Positions 24,700 through 37,591 of a stretch of 64,000 nucleotides of DNA are shown here, in pieces. A program made the position numbers and the translations under genes. The stretch is from Anthoceros angustus (taxonomy: Eukaryota; Plantae; Anthocerotophyta), in the NCBI GenBank assembly GCA_010909165.1, contig VJWM01000119.1, positions 248,001 to 312,000 on the forward strand. Direction: 5' to 3'. The notes beneath the pieces are model-generated. The model did no database searches and was not told where the DNA came from. It was given only the letters and a program-made list of their open reading frames with translations. Every line of letters starts with the position of its first letter. Positions within the stretch are counted from its first letter, which is position 1.

Positions 24700-27340
24700 T
24701 GTCATCATGGTCATCCTCGAGACGTCCAATGACTTCAAATAAAGGTTATTCTTTGCCTTTAATGCTCTTCAGTAAGTGGTTGTAACAAACGCTTTCGCCC
24801 AATATGTTTGAGGTAACCCTGCTCATAGAACCACGCTCCTGGTCAAACTAATTTAGCAATGCTTGATTCTTTTCTCAACTACACCATTATGTTGTTGGGT
24901 GTATGGAACAATTAGATAATGTTGAATACTAATTTGCTAGAAAAAAGTAATAAAAGGTTGAATTAACGAATTTCATCAATTGACAAGAACTTCAATAATT
25001 TGCTCGTGTGCCCGGTATAGTACATGAGGTAACCAATCCTTGAAGTCATCAAAAGTTTTCACTCTTATGTTGAAGAGAAGATCCATGTTTAGCCGGAAAA
25101 ATCATTAGTGATCCCCACAGAATATAGCGCACCTTTTAGAGAAGAGGTCTGAATTTTTGTTAGAATGTTAACATATACAAGCTCTTAAAATAAAATTAGA
25201 ACAATCAAAATAATCGAAATAAGTTGATATGTCTGTATCAGCCAATAATATATTGGCATGTGATTGTGGCTGGTGCCAAAAAACACATATGAGGTCTCAA
25301 CAAGTGACGCATGGCTGAAGATAGGGTGTTGATGAGATTGAAGTATGGGACTGACTCATTCAAGTTGGCACTGTTAGTAGGACTGTCTCGAGCACATATG
25401 TGGATTGTAAAGCTTATATCCCTTCGCTACATCTAAATACCCAAAAAAAATATGCTTCGCAACATTGTCATCCATTTTGCTCTTTTCCTTTTAAACACAT
25501 ATGCATAGGTGACTGCTCCAAGAGTTGAGAGATGCAAATCTTATGCCATGTCCAATGCTCAAAAGGCGTTACATCCATTGCACATTACTTGATACACTAA
25601 AGCATACTTGTACCTTGTTTTGTTGTACCGTTTAGCATAAGGATTCTGTGGAATGTGATAAGGAATAGTCAATTGTTGACTTATGCCTTTCTGCCTACTA
25701 GACGTTGCTTTAAGAGTTAACGTCCTGTAAGGACATGAACTCCTGAAAATCATTGTCTCTTATATCTTTATCTAAATTATAAATTCACTTAAAACATACC
25801 TCCATCTCATTGTGCATACTAGTGTTTGTCATAAGCTGACTAGTTCGATTATAAAGTATCCATGGCGTCTCATCAAGTTTTCTTTTCAAACTAGCTAATT
25901 CTTTTATCTTCAGTGCATTGACCGCTGGAAACCTGAGTTATAATCTGCAGAAAAGTTCCTTAACAGGTTCCGTGTGTTTTGTGTTCATGACTAGTTCCAT
26001 ACACCTCCGTCTTGGGGGTGCACATATATCATATGAGATAAAAACTCCATAGTTAAACAGCCTGTGAGCGAATCAGTGCCGAGATGGAGTGCCATCCCTT
26101 AGATTGTTTCAAAAAAATTTGTAAATCGTCCCAATTTCTGGGCGCTTTGGCCTTCCTCATGCGAGGTCAAAAGTGCGAGATCATCTTGTGAATAATGATA
26201 ATGATAACTCTTCAGATAGAGCATAGACGCTTTACTACAAAGAAGGCTTCCTAACAAGGTGAATTTATATCTTGGCTCTAAATTCATTTCCTTACCTCCA
26301 CACTCTTGCAACTTTAACACATAAAACATGCAAATCATGCAACTTTAACACATAAAACATGCATATCAATTGGGTAATTGATACAAAAATTTTTGGATGT
26401 CTTGAGTATCATTCCCCTTTAGTTGGTGAAGATAGTAGAGTGCAGACTGTATTTTGTGAGTATCTTTCACCCTCAAACATTGGTAAAGATATTAGAGTGC
26501 ATAGCATAACTCTATTTGTCCGAAAAGGTAAGGAAATATTTAAGTCGCCCTTAAAACATTGAGTAGACATGGGGCCGAATATGTCAGAATGTACAACCTC
26601 AAAGAAAACTAAAATTTTGTTGGTTTTGGCTCGTTATAGGACTTTTGCAAAATTTTGCATACTTGACAGTTTTGACTATTTGCACATCTTCAGCAAATGT
26701 TATGGGATGATCATGCAATTCAATAACTAAATAGTTTGTTGATGTGGCTTTGACTTGACGAATTTTTTTTTTAATTCGAACGAATAACAGGTTTTTTGTC
26801 ATGCTTGGACCATGTAGAACGACACAAAGAACAACTTATAGACCAACATTCAAGCTAAGTGTGCGTTATGCGTATAATAGCCAATCCACTATCATCTCCA
26901 AGCATTACGAATTGATTGGCGGTTGCTGGTGTATAAGTGCTAAACTAAGTTTTTGCATGACAAATGTGATCGGTAGCGTTGAAGTCAATAAACCACATCT
27001 CGCTGTCACCCTTCATGGTGAGGAAAAATTAACAACTAAGATTACTGGTGGCTTATTGCAACTTGTAGATGGTCTTGTAGCTAGATAAAATTCACTTGCA
27101 AAAGTAGCTTCTCTCTTAGCCGCTCACCCACACATTTTTTTACGGTAGTCATTTTTGTAGTGCCCAGGAATCCTACACCAATTGCAAGTTCTTTAAGCAA
27201 ATTTTGTGCTGATCAAAATGTTCAAGCGAGTCTGGGAGGACTAGAATATGTGCCGTCTTAATGGAAACCACGGCCGGAAGTAGTTTTGTCCTCGGTGATG
27301 GCCTCTTGAAGTAAATAGGACATTAGTCTTATGTATATAG
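24700..27340 (-). mobile_element. Highly degenerate Ty1/copia internal region (gag knuckle, integrase, SH3-like region)
   Basis: CNWCRIPGHYKND (~27190), QQLTIPYHIPQNPYAKRYNKT (integrase PQQNGxAER-like) and KRSKMDDNVAKHIF.GYLDVAKGYKLYNP (~25410-25490). Confidence 0.7.
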
Positions 27341-27354
27341 GAGCGTGTTGTTGT

Positions 27355-30300
27355 TGTCATACTGCATTCCTCTCTCAAGAAGAGCACTAATGATTTTCGA
27401 TAAGGAAATATTATTTGGTGTCGACCTAAACGATGTAGCGGAAATTGCTTGCCTTGTAATGAAGTTCTGCAAACTCGCTCATCTTGTGATGATATGCACA
27501 ACAAATACAAAAGGGTGCAATAGACTAGGAGGCACACACCATTTACAATCCTTGCATTTGTTTATTTCTTGTCACGATGGGGTACATATGGAGTTTGAAG
27601 AAAGAAATTTCTCATCCATATGTTCAAAATGTTGAATTGCTTGTAGAGGTTGTTGGAAATCATGCTCCCAAAAAAAGTTTGGCCGACGTCGATAATTCTA
27701 GTACTGATTCTATCATCTTCTATGTGGTTTTAGATTGGTGCACCTAATTAGTAGGCTCGTTAGAGTAACCACTGTCTTGTCTTCTACGTTTGATTGTGGG
27801 GTGCAATCAAAATCTCGACTGTGGTTTGAGAGATAGGTCTCTGACGATAGCCAGCATTAGTACCCCATCTCTGCATAGTTCATATCATGAATGATAATGA
27901 GAACGAATGCTATGATGCTATGTTTGATTTCAAAACGCAGAGCTCGAGAAGGATTTGAGTGAATTCAGAGAGCGAGTTGCACATACAAAACCATAAATTG
28001 TATAAATGAACACAAAAGTATTTTAGGTTTATGTCTTTTGAATATCATCTAAAAGACTCTTCATTACTAAATTCTAATATAAATCAACATTAGGTTGCAT
28101 TATATCCGAACACATCATTATTTTGCATATATGGCATTACATTAGTACACATCTCCATACCTCAATACCCTTATACTCAAAGCTTGAGGGTCCTCCTAAT
28201 CCCACTAACAGGCATTAGGATCAAAATCTGAGAGTGGGTTGTCTCTAAAAGGAGACAAAATCGAGAGTGGGTTGTATCTTAAAAGCGTAAGACTGCTGAT
28301 AATCTAAAAGCAAAGTGAGCTGATAATCTAAAAGCAAAGTGAGACTGATAATCTAAAAGCAAAGTGAGACGCTGATAATCTAAAACAAAGTGAGACTGCT
28401 GATAATCTAAAAGCAAAGTGAGACTGCTGATAATCTAAAAGCAAAGTGAGACTGGCATTCCATCGTTACGTTGTAGTATTTTTATGACACATTCTAACAT
28501 AAATTAAGAAAAATGCATAAATATGTCGGATGCTAACACAAGAAAACAAAATCACACCGAAAAACCCTGGACGCGTTGCTTCTCAGAACGCCTTCTACGA
28601 AGTGCCTATGTATTGGAGCCAAATTTATGAGGCAAAGCTTGCCCTTGCAGTTTGGAAGTGCTCCATGGATGTACGACAAAGGTCATGAAGGACATGCCGC
28701 GATGCCGTTATGCCTTTATGTTGTATCCTATCCTTTGCAGGTAGGTGATAGAAAAGCAGAAATCCTCAACCACGCAGCAAAATGGAGGAAGAAAAGAGCC
28801 GGGTGGAAATCGAGGAAGTTGTACATAGAAAGAAGATAGTCCCTTGGACATGGTCTAAAGTCCATAGTGTGGCTCCAAGCTTTACCATGGTGGCCAAATA
28901 AAGGAGGGAGGCTGGCCTTCGTTGCAGGATTCCCGAATCTGCAGGGCGCGTGGGTGGCCAGTGGCCAGGCCGCCACCCTTGGGCGGAGGCCCGTTCACGG
29001 CCTGGGCCTGGCCTGGTGTGGCTGTCATCTGCATTCCTCTCAAGAAGAGCACTAATGATTTTCGATAAGGAAATATTATTTGGTGTCGACCTAAACGATG
29101 TAGCGGAAATTGCTTGCCTTGTAATGGTTAAACTCGCTCATCTTGTGATGATATGCACAACAAATACAAAAGGGTGCAATAGACTAGGAGGCACACCATT
29201 TACAATCCTTGCATTTGTTTATTTCTTGTCACGATGGGGTACATATGGAGTTTGAAGAAAGAAATTTCTCATCCATATGTTCAAAATGTTGAATTGCTTG
29301 TAGAGGTTGTTGGAAATCATGCTCCCAAAAAAAGTTTGGCCGACGTCGATAATTCTAGTACTACTGATTCCTATCATCTTCTATGTGGTTTTTAGATTGG
29401 TGCACCTAATTAGTAGGCTCTGGTTAGAGTAACTACCTGTGTCTTGTCTTCTTTACGTTTGATTGTGCGGGGGTGCAATCAAATCTCAGTCGTCACTCAG
29501 GGTTTGAGAGATAGGTCTACTGCAGCGATAGCCAGCATTAGTACCCCATCTCTGCATAGTTCATATCATGAATGATAATGAGAACGAATGCTATGATGCT
29601 ATGTTTGATTTCAAAACGCAGAGCTCGAGAAGGATTTGAGTGAATTCAGAGAGCGAGTTGCACATACAAAACCATAAATTGTATAAATGAACACAAAAGT
29701 ATTTTAGGTTTATGTCTTTTGAATATCATCTAAAAGACTCTTCATTACTAAATTCTAATATAAATCAACATTAGGTTGCATTATATCTGAACACATCATT
29801 ATTTTGCATATATGGCATTACATTAGTACACATCTCCATACCTCAATACCCTTATACTCAAAGCTTGTGGGTCCTCCTAATCCCACTAACAGGCATTAGG
29901 ATCAAAATCTGGAGAGTGGGTTGTCTCTAAAAGCTGTGAGACAAAATCTCGAGAGTGGGTTGTATCTTAAAACTGTAAGACTGCTGATAATCTAAAAGCA
30001 AAGTGAGACTGCTGATAATCTAAAAGCAAAGTGAGACTGCTGATAATCTAAAAGCAAAGTGAGACTGCTGATAATCTAAAAACAAAGTGAGACTGCTGAT
30101 AATCTAAAAGCAAAGTGAGACTGCTGATAATCTAAAAGCAAAGTGAGACTGGCATTCCATCGTTACGTTGTAGTATTTTTATGACACATTCTAACATAAA
30201 TTAAGAAAAAATGCATAAATATGTCGGATGCTAACACAAGAAAACAAAATCACACCGAAAAAACCCTGGACGCGGGGTTGCTTCTCAGAACGCCTTCTAC

Positions 30301-30733
30301 GAAGTGCCTATGTATTGGAGCCAGAATTTATGAGGGCAAAGCTTGCCCTTGCAGTTTGGAAGTGCTCCATGGATGTACGACAAAGGTCATGAAGGACATG
30401 CCGCGATGCCGTTATGCCTTTATGTTGTATCCTATCCTTTGCAGGTAGGTGATAGAAAAGCAGAAATCCTCAACCACGCAGCAAAATGGAGGGAAGAAAA
30501 AGAGCCGGGTGGGAAATCGAGGAAGTTGTACATAGAAAAGAAGATAGTCCCCTTGGACATGGTCTAAAGTCCATAGTGTGGCTCCAAGCTTTACCATGGT
30601 GGCCAAATAAAGGAGGGAGAGGCTGGCCTTCGTTGCAGGATTCCCGAATCTGCGGGGCGCGTGGGTGGCCAGTGGCCAGGCCGCCACCCTTGGGCGGAGG
30701 CCCGTTCACGGCCTGGGCCTGGCCTGGTGTGGC
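27355..30733. repeat. ~1.67-kb direct tandem duplication (27355-29022 / 29023-30733) upstream of PAL
   Basis: Both copies run from ctgcattcctct..aagaagagcac to ggcctgggcctggcctggtgtggct. Differences are mostly small indels. Confidence 0.92.
28291..28453. repeat. ~29-bp minisatellite x~6 (second copy at 29979-30150), probably within retroelement LTR/UTR sequence
   Basis: The unit gactgctgataatctaaaagcaaagtga is repeated head-to-tail without spacers. Confidence 0.9.
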
Positions 30734-31161
30734 TTCCGGCCTCGCTGGGAGGTTGCTTCCATTACTCCCTCCACCATTACGACTAAGCCCGCACCAATGA
30801 TTGAGGTGCCTCTTGTTCCTCGCACCCCGAAATCTTGACTGCTGGGCAGCCACGCATTCCCTGAGACGCAGCAGGCTCCCCTCTGCATGCCACCGTTCTC
30901 TGCTCAGCTGGGTCCTCCTCCCCCTTTAAGACCCCCGGCCCCCTCTCCATCTCTCACTCCCGACCCCTGCGTGCCTGCCTGCCCCGGCATTCTCTCCCCT
31001 TGTGCTCTCTTCAAATTTCCTCTCTTCTCCTCTCCTCTCTTCTCCTTTCCTCACCCCCGGCATTGCTTCGCTTTGCTTTGCATTGCCTTGCTTCGCAGCT
31101 GCCTGGGTTCTGGGATTCCGACGAAGCCCACATTCCGAGGAGTGGAATCGGGGCCGGCAGG

Positions 31162-33630
31162 ATGATGAGCAATAAGCGGGTGAAGTACTCGGGGGATCGG
31201 GGCGGCAATGGGGTGGGAGGGCACGCAGCCAAGGAGGAGCTGCTGCTGGGGCAGGTGGTCGGGGCGTGCCCGATGGACCTGGACGCGGGGGCCAAGATTC
31301 CCAACTTCTGCTTTGAGAGGGCGGGCGGGGAGATCGTGCACGACCCGCTCAACTGGGTGCGGGCGTCCGAGGCCCTGGAGTGCAGCCACCTGGACGAGGT
31401 GAAGCAGATGGCGGGGACCTTCTTCACGGCAGACGAGGTGGCCATCGAGGGGGTCAGCCTGAGCGTGGCCCAGGTCGCGGCTATTGCCCGCCGCCCGGGC
31501 GTGAAGGTGCGCCTGGACGCGGAGGCTGCCAAGCAGCGCGTCGACCAGAGCTCCAACTGGGTGCTTGCCAACATGCTCAAGGGGACGGACACGTACGGGG
31601 TCACCACGGGTGAGGGGGCGAGAGATGTTGCGTTTTGCGAGAAGTTGGATGCCGGGAATGCCGTTGAATGCTGAGACAATGTGGGTTTGTTGTGTTGCGC
31701 AGGCTTTGGAGCCACATCGCATCGGAGGACCAACCAGGGGGCCGAGCTCCAGAAGGAGCTCATCCGGTTCCTAAATGCCGGTATTTTCGGGAAGAGCGAG
31801 GGGAACACGCTGCCTGTCGCTGCTGCCCGGGCGGGGATGCTGGTGCGGACCAACACCTTGATGCAGGGATTTTCTGGGATCCGGTGGGAGATTCTGGAAG
31901 GTCTGGAGAAGTTGTTGAATGCTAATATTACGCCCAAGCTGCCTCTGCGGGGGACGATTACTGCTTCTGGGGATTTGGTTCCGTTGAGTTACATTGCTGG
32001 GGTGTTGACGGGGAGGCCGAATTCTAGGGCCTTCACCTGTGAGGGGAAGGAGGTGTCTGGGGAGGAGGCTTTGAGGCTCGCTGGGGTTGCCAGCCCGTTC
32101 GTGTTGCAGCCGAAGGAGGGACTTGCTATTGTGAATGGGACAGCTGTGGGGGCGGCCGTGGCTTCCATGGTCTGTTTTGATGCCAACATTCTGGCTGTGA
32201 TGGCGGAGGTGATGTCGGCTTTCTTCTGTGAGGTGATGAATGGGAAGCCGGAGTTTACGGATCCTCTGACCCATAAGCTGAAGCATCATCCTGGGCAGAT
32301 GGAGGCTGCTGCTATCATGGAGGTGAGAATTTGTGAAATGGGTGGTGCTGGGTGTTGTCTTGTTGTGATGGGTTGGTTGTGTTGGTTGTGGGTTGCGTGG
32401 AGCTTTGCTGACTGGCCATGCTTTTGTCTTGTGCAGTGGGTTCTTGACGGGAGTTCGTACATGAAGCTGGCTGCCAAGCTGCACGAGATGGATCCTCTGA
32501 GCAAACCCAAGCAGGACAGGTATGCCCTCCGGACGTCTCCACAGTGGCTGGGGCCACAGGTTGAGGTCATTCGAGCTGCAACGCACTCCATCGAGAGGGA
32601 GATCAACTCTGTGAACGATAACCCGATCATTGATGCTGCACGTTCCATTGCTCTGCATGGTGGCAACTTCCAGGGCACTCCCATCGGAGTGTCCATGGAC
32701 AACACGCGGCTGGCCCTTGCTGCCATCGGGAAGCTCATGTTTGCCCAGTTCTCGGAGTTAGTGAACGACTACTACAACAACGGCCTGCCCAGCAACCTGT
32801 CAGGTGGACCTAACCCGAGCCTGGACTACGGATTCAAGGGTGCGGAAATCGCCATGGCGTCCTACACGTCGGAGCTGCAGTTCCTGGCCAACCCTGTGAC
32901 TAACCACGTGCAATCAGCAGAGCAGCACAACCAAGACGTGAACTCTTTGGGGCTGGTGTCTGCAAGGAAGACTGCAGAATCCATCGAGATTCTGAAGCTC
33001 ATGACTTCCACTTACCTGGTGGCCTTGTGCCAGGCAGTGGATCTCCGGCATCTGGAGGAGAACATGGTTGCTGTCGTGAAGAAAGTGGTGTCGTCCGTCT
33101 CCAAGAAGGTGCTCTCGGTTGATAACAATGGGGTGTTACTACAGACCAGGTTCTGCGAGAAGGAGTTGCTACATGTGGTGGAGCACCAGGCCCCCTTCAC
33201 CTACATCGACGATGCTGCCAATGCCTCGTACCCTCTGATGCAAAAGCTTCGTCAGGTCCTGGCTGACAGGGCTTTGAAAAATCCGCCTGCCATAGAGAGG
33301 GATGAAAACACATCCCTGTTCCTGAAAATCTCTGCTTTTGAGGAAGAGTTGGTCAAACTCCTCGAGGAGGAGGTGGCCGCGGCGAGGACAGCTTTCGACA
33401 AAGGTGCAGCTGCTGTCCCCAACAGAATCCTGGAATGTCGAACATTCCCCCTGTACAACTTCGTGCGGTCTGAGTTGGGCACGCAGATTCTTTGTGGTTT
33501 CATCAGAAACCAGTCCCCTGGACAAGACATTGAGAAGGTTTTCGATGCCATCACCGAGGGCAAGCATGTGGCCCCCTTGCTCAAAGTTCTCGAAGGTTGG
33601 CAAGGCACTCCTGGCCCCTTTACTGGTTGA
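31162..33630 (+). CDS. PAL: Phenylalanine ammonia-lyase; exons 31162-31609, 31703-32322, 32437-33630
   Basis: [15 protein letters not shown]|[18 protein letters not shown] (Phe, so Phe-specific), MIO motif [36 protein letters not shown] and HNQDVNSLG. Confidence 0.97.
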
Positions 33631-34329
33631 TGTCGAAGGGTGGTTTGTTGTATTTTCTGTCTTTCTGCACTGCAGTTCTCGGCTCTCTTTCCACATGGGG
33701 GTAGATGTGGAGCTGGATAAGAGGGAGCTGCTGGCCTGCCCATGTTCGACCATCACTCTGTGGGAGGGATCTGCTGTAGGACAGATCTGTTACCTGCAGA
33801 TGCTGATGATTCGGGAGGCCATGTACACTCGAGGTCACTCTACTGGAGGGATCTTAGATCCGTTACCAGCAGATGCTGATCATCGTACCTGGGTTGTATA
33901 TAGCAGCACTCTGCCGGAGGGGATTGCGAAAGGAACGATCCACTAACCGCAGATGCTGTATGATCAAGCCATGTCTTGTGGTAGCTATATTTCCATCCGT
34001 AGCAAACCGTTTTGTTGCCAAAGGAAATCTGTTTGTCTGAAAACTTTGAAGGTGTCCATAGCCCAGATTTTGAACGGATTTGAAACGTTTTACAACACTG
34101 GTCTTTACTCGTACTTGTAACTCTAGTTAGCCATCATCATGACAAGAAAAGGCACACACTAGATGAAGTCACCGGTCGACATAGTGTGGACTGCTCAGCC
34201 GAACTCTTACAGGGAAGAATGTTCCTACCCCTAAGCACAGAATGGACTCCTAGCCCCAGATCAAAACGATTGGAGATCTCATCAGGCGTAAAATCCTACG
34301 TTGGAAGTACTCTAACCGGAGACACAGCC

Positions 34330-36124
34330 AATGCCTCAAGATCCCAGTCCTTATCCTGATCATCAGAATCCTGAGATGTGCTCATGTGTTCTTGATCCCA
34401 TGAGGATCAACGTCCTCATGATCTCAATGCTCACCGGCCTTAACATCCTCCGTTGAAAGTTCTGTCTCCATGGACACAGTAAATTGCTTAAGACCTCGTT
34501 TCTCATCCTGATCAGTATTCTCATCCAGATCATGATCATTCTAATCCTCATGTGCAGAATGTTTTACTGGGCTCATCATCATCATGGCTATCATCAGACG
34601 ACTGCTCAACGGGCTCAACCCTCCCTCGTTCAGAATGCTCTCCGAGCTCAACGTCCTTGTCTTCAGAATGGTCTCCAGAGTCTGGTGACCAGACTCAACG
34701 TCCAATTCCGATGAAAGTCTGCCCAGCCTCTCCAAATAGATTGCAGATTCGTCCTCACCTCTTTCTTCATCCTGATCCCCCTCCTCATGATCAGGATGAT
34801 TGCGGGTCTCAACATCCTCATGTTCAGAGTGCTCACCGGGCTCAACGTCCTCATGTTCAAAACGCGCACCCGGCTCAACGCCCCTCTGCTCAGAACGCTC
34901 ACCGAGCTCAACGTCCCTGTCTTCAGAATGCTCCTCTTCGTCGTCCTCATCCTGATCCTCCTCCTCATGTTCAGAATGCTCACCAGACACTTCGTCCAGT
35001 ATCCTTGAACGCAGCTTCGCCGCTTTATACATTTCAAAGTCCCAGTCGTTTGATTACTCATCTGATCTCTTACCCCATCCTGATCTCTTTCCTCATCCTG
35101 ATCCTCCTCCTCATCTTCAGGAGGCTCTCCAGGCTCATTGAACAGTGCTAGTGGCCTTGAAAGTATCGCCGCCCTATACATTCCAAGTGCGCAGTCAATT
35201 GTCAGGAGTATCGCCAGGCTGATCGAACAGTATCCTTGGTAGAATCTCCGCCCTATACATTGCAAGTTCGCAGTCATTTGTTTCCTCATCCTGATCTCTC
35301 ACCCCATCTTGATCTCTTTCCTCCTCCTGATCCTCCTCCTCATCTTCAGGAGGCTCACCAGGCTTATCGAACAGCATCCTTGATAGCGTCTCCGCCCTAT
35401 ACATTGCAAGTTCGAATTCCCAGTCATTTGTTTCCTTATCCTGATCTCAGGATAAATTAATAAATCACTGTGCTGAAGATGAGGGAGGAGGATCGGGATG
35501 AGGAAAGAGATCAAGATGGGGTGAGACTCAGCCCATCCTGATCGCTTACCTCATCCTGATCCTCCTCCTCATCTTCAAAACGCTCACCAGACTACTCATC
35601 TTGAGAATGCTCACCAAGCAGAGTGTCCTCACCATCTTAAAAACATTATCATCTTGAGAATGCTCACCAAGCATAAGGTCTGAAAAAAAATAGTAGTCCG
35701 CCACTTCAAGACAGGGATTTGTTTCCTCATTCTGACCTCTCACCCCATCCTGATCTCTTCCCTCATCCCGATCTCTCACCCCATCCTGATCTCTCGCCCC
35801 ATCTTGATTTCTTTTATCATCCTGATCCTCCTCCTCATGATTAGGATGGTTACGGGGCTCAGCGTGCTCACGTTCAGACATCTCACCGGGCTCAACATCC
35901 TCATGTTCAGAATCGATCTCACCAGGCTCCATTTCCTCCTGCTTAGAAAGCTGACGGGGGCCAACGTCCTCATCGTCATCGTCCATTACAGGTTGAAGTT
36001 CGTGATTATCAGCACATTCCGAGTCCTCGTCATGTTCAGGATGCTCACCGGGCGGCGGGCTCGACATCCTGTTCAGTCCAGAAGCTAACCGGGGCCACCA
36101 TAGCGGGGAAAAGATTTTCTCCAC
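34330..36124 (-). other. Asp/Glu-rich low-complexity repeat protein gene or pseudogene of unknown function, split across frames
   Basis: ORFs 35546-36124, 35195-35404, 34663-35289 and 34541-35032 share EHSEHEDVEPG, EEEDQDEERDQDGVRDQ and MYRAxxLxRxLFD repeats. Confidence 0.55.
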
Positions 36125-37591
36125 GCATGAGACCGGGGATCCTGGGTACCTCCCGCTTGCTCAAACACCCTGCCGAACTTACTGGAAGTCCTGCTGCATC
36201 CACTGGGCAAAGGCTTGGTACGAATCAAACACATACGGATGTGACCGTTTGTGATTTAAACTGCTCACGCTCGCCTTCACTTCTCCCGTTTGCGCTTCCA
36301 AGTTCCAACTAGCCCGGCACCTTCTTGAAGCTCGCCCCACATCATCAAGCCAAGTAGCACAGACAGCCAGGCCTGGCGCTTCTACTGGATAACCGCATAC
36401 TATAACCTGGATTTTTCCCATGGATCCCAACCGGAGTTCCATGGCTCCTGTCACTTGCTATGTGCACATGAATGGGTAGCTGCACATGAGACTTGTCATT
36501 CCTATTACCGTTGTCCAATTGCGGGGTGGAGTGACGTTGGGGAGATGAGAAATGCGAAACTCTGAACTAAAACCCTCTACGTTGTTGCACTATGTGTGCA
36601 AAACCAATGTTTGTCAAGAGAACATTACACTTCTTCAAGCTGGTTTCATGGTTGGCAGTTTGCAGAGGTGATCATCAACATTCAACTCTGCGGAACACAC
36701 CCAGCAGAAACCTGCGACACATCAAATAGCACGAAATGTGGAAGCCCCGTAACCGCCTGTGAAATGTTTGCAAGCCCCACAGTATGTTATGTCGGGGCCA
36801 CTGAATCCCTCAATCTACTTTTCAAGGGTCGTGCGCCAATTTGAAGATTCATAGCTGCAAGTTGCCTTCACTCCAAACCACATGGTAAGCAGCTCTTTGC
36901 TCCTTATGGACGTTCATTAGAGGTCTCTCCACATGGTCGACCTGCTTGTGCCACACTCAACCTGGTGGCCCACAAATAAGCACTGGTGCCCTATTGGACG
37001 GTCGGATCGAAAATTCCCAACCATCTCGAGCTTATCAGCAGGACATGTATGAACAAACAGTCTGCAACTGATGACATTGCGCACACGCAGAAAAAGTGAC
37101 CAGTGGTATTTTATATTGATCCAGGCATGCTCATGATCTTTTCCTCTGACATCCGGCACCAAGTGGCCAAGTGGTGGCTCCGGGAACTCCACCAACAGAG
37201 TAAAGATACCCTTAAAATATCTGTTTCTTCTGTGACTCTCAGCATGAAACATCTACATCTCTATCTTGTTATCACTAAATCCCCACTCCGGGCCTTCCCC
37301 ATCTCTATGCCTCAACAAAGTGCACAACATGCGTATCTTAAGGGGCGCTTTATTGAGTACGTAGAGATGGGATGATGTCAAGGGGAGATGCCAAGTGGGC
37401 CAGGCTGTAAATCTGGTACCTCACACAGGCGTCAACGCAAGGACGCTAGAGATCGGCAACAGAATCCAACCGACTGTTGTGCACTTTTGTATAAATGTCT
37501 GGCACTTTGCCTTGGCTAGATCGTCACCGGGTCGTTGGTCTCGAGCTTGAGGCTCACGAGGCTTGGAGGTGGACATCAAGTCATAGACGAC

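Noticed and set aside
28291-28453. CRISPR-like array of ~29-bp repeats
   Set aside because: The units are contiguous with no unique spacers, there are no cas genes, and the context is eukaryotic. It is a minisatellite.
31011-33946. Long overlapping/antisense ORFs over PAL (similarly over the protease, PFP and PPR)
   Set aside because: They are codon-bias shadows of GC-rich coding sequence.
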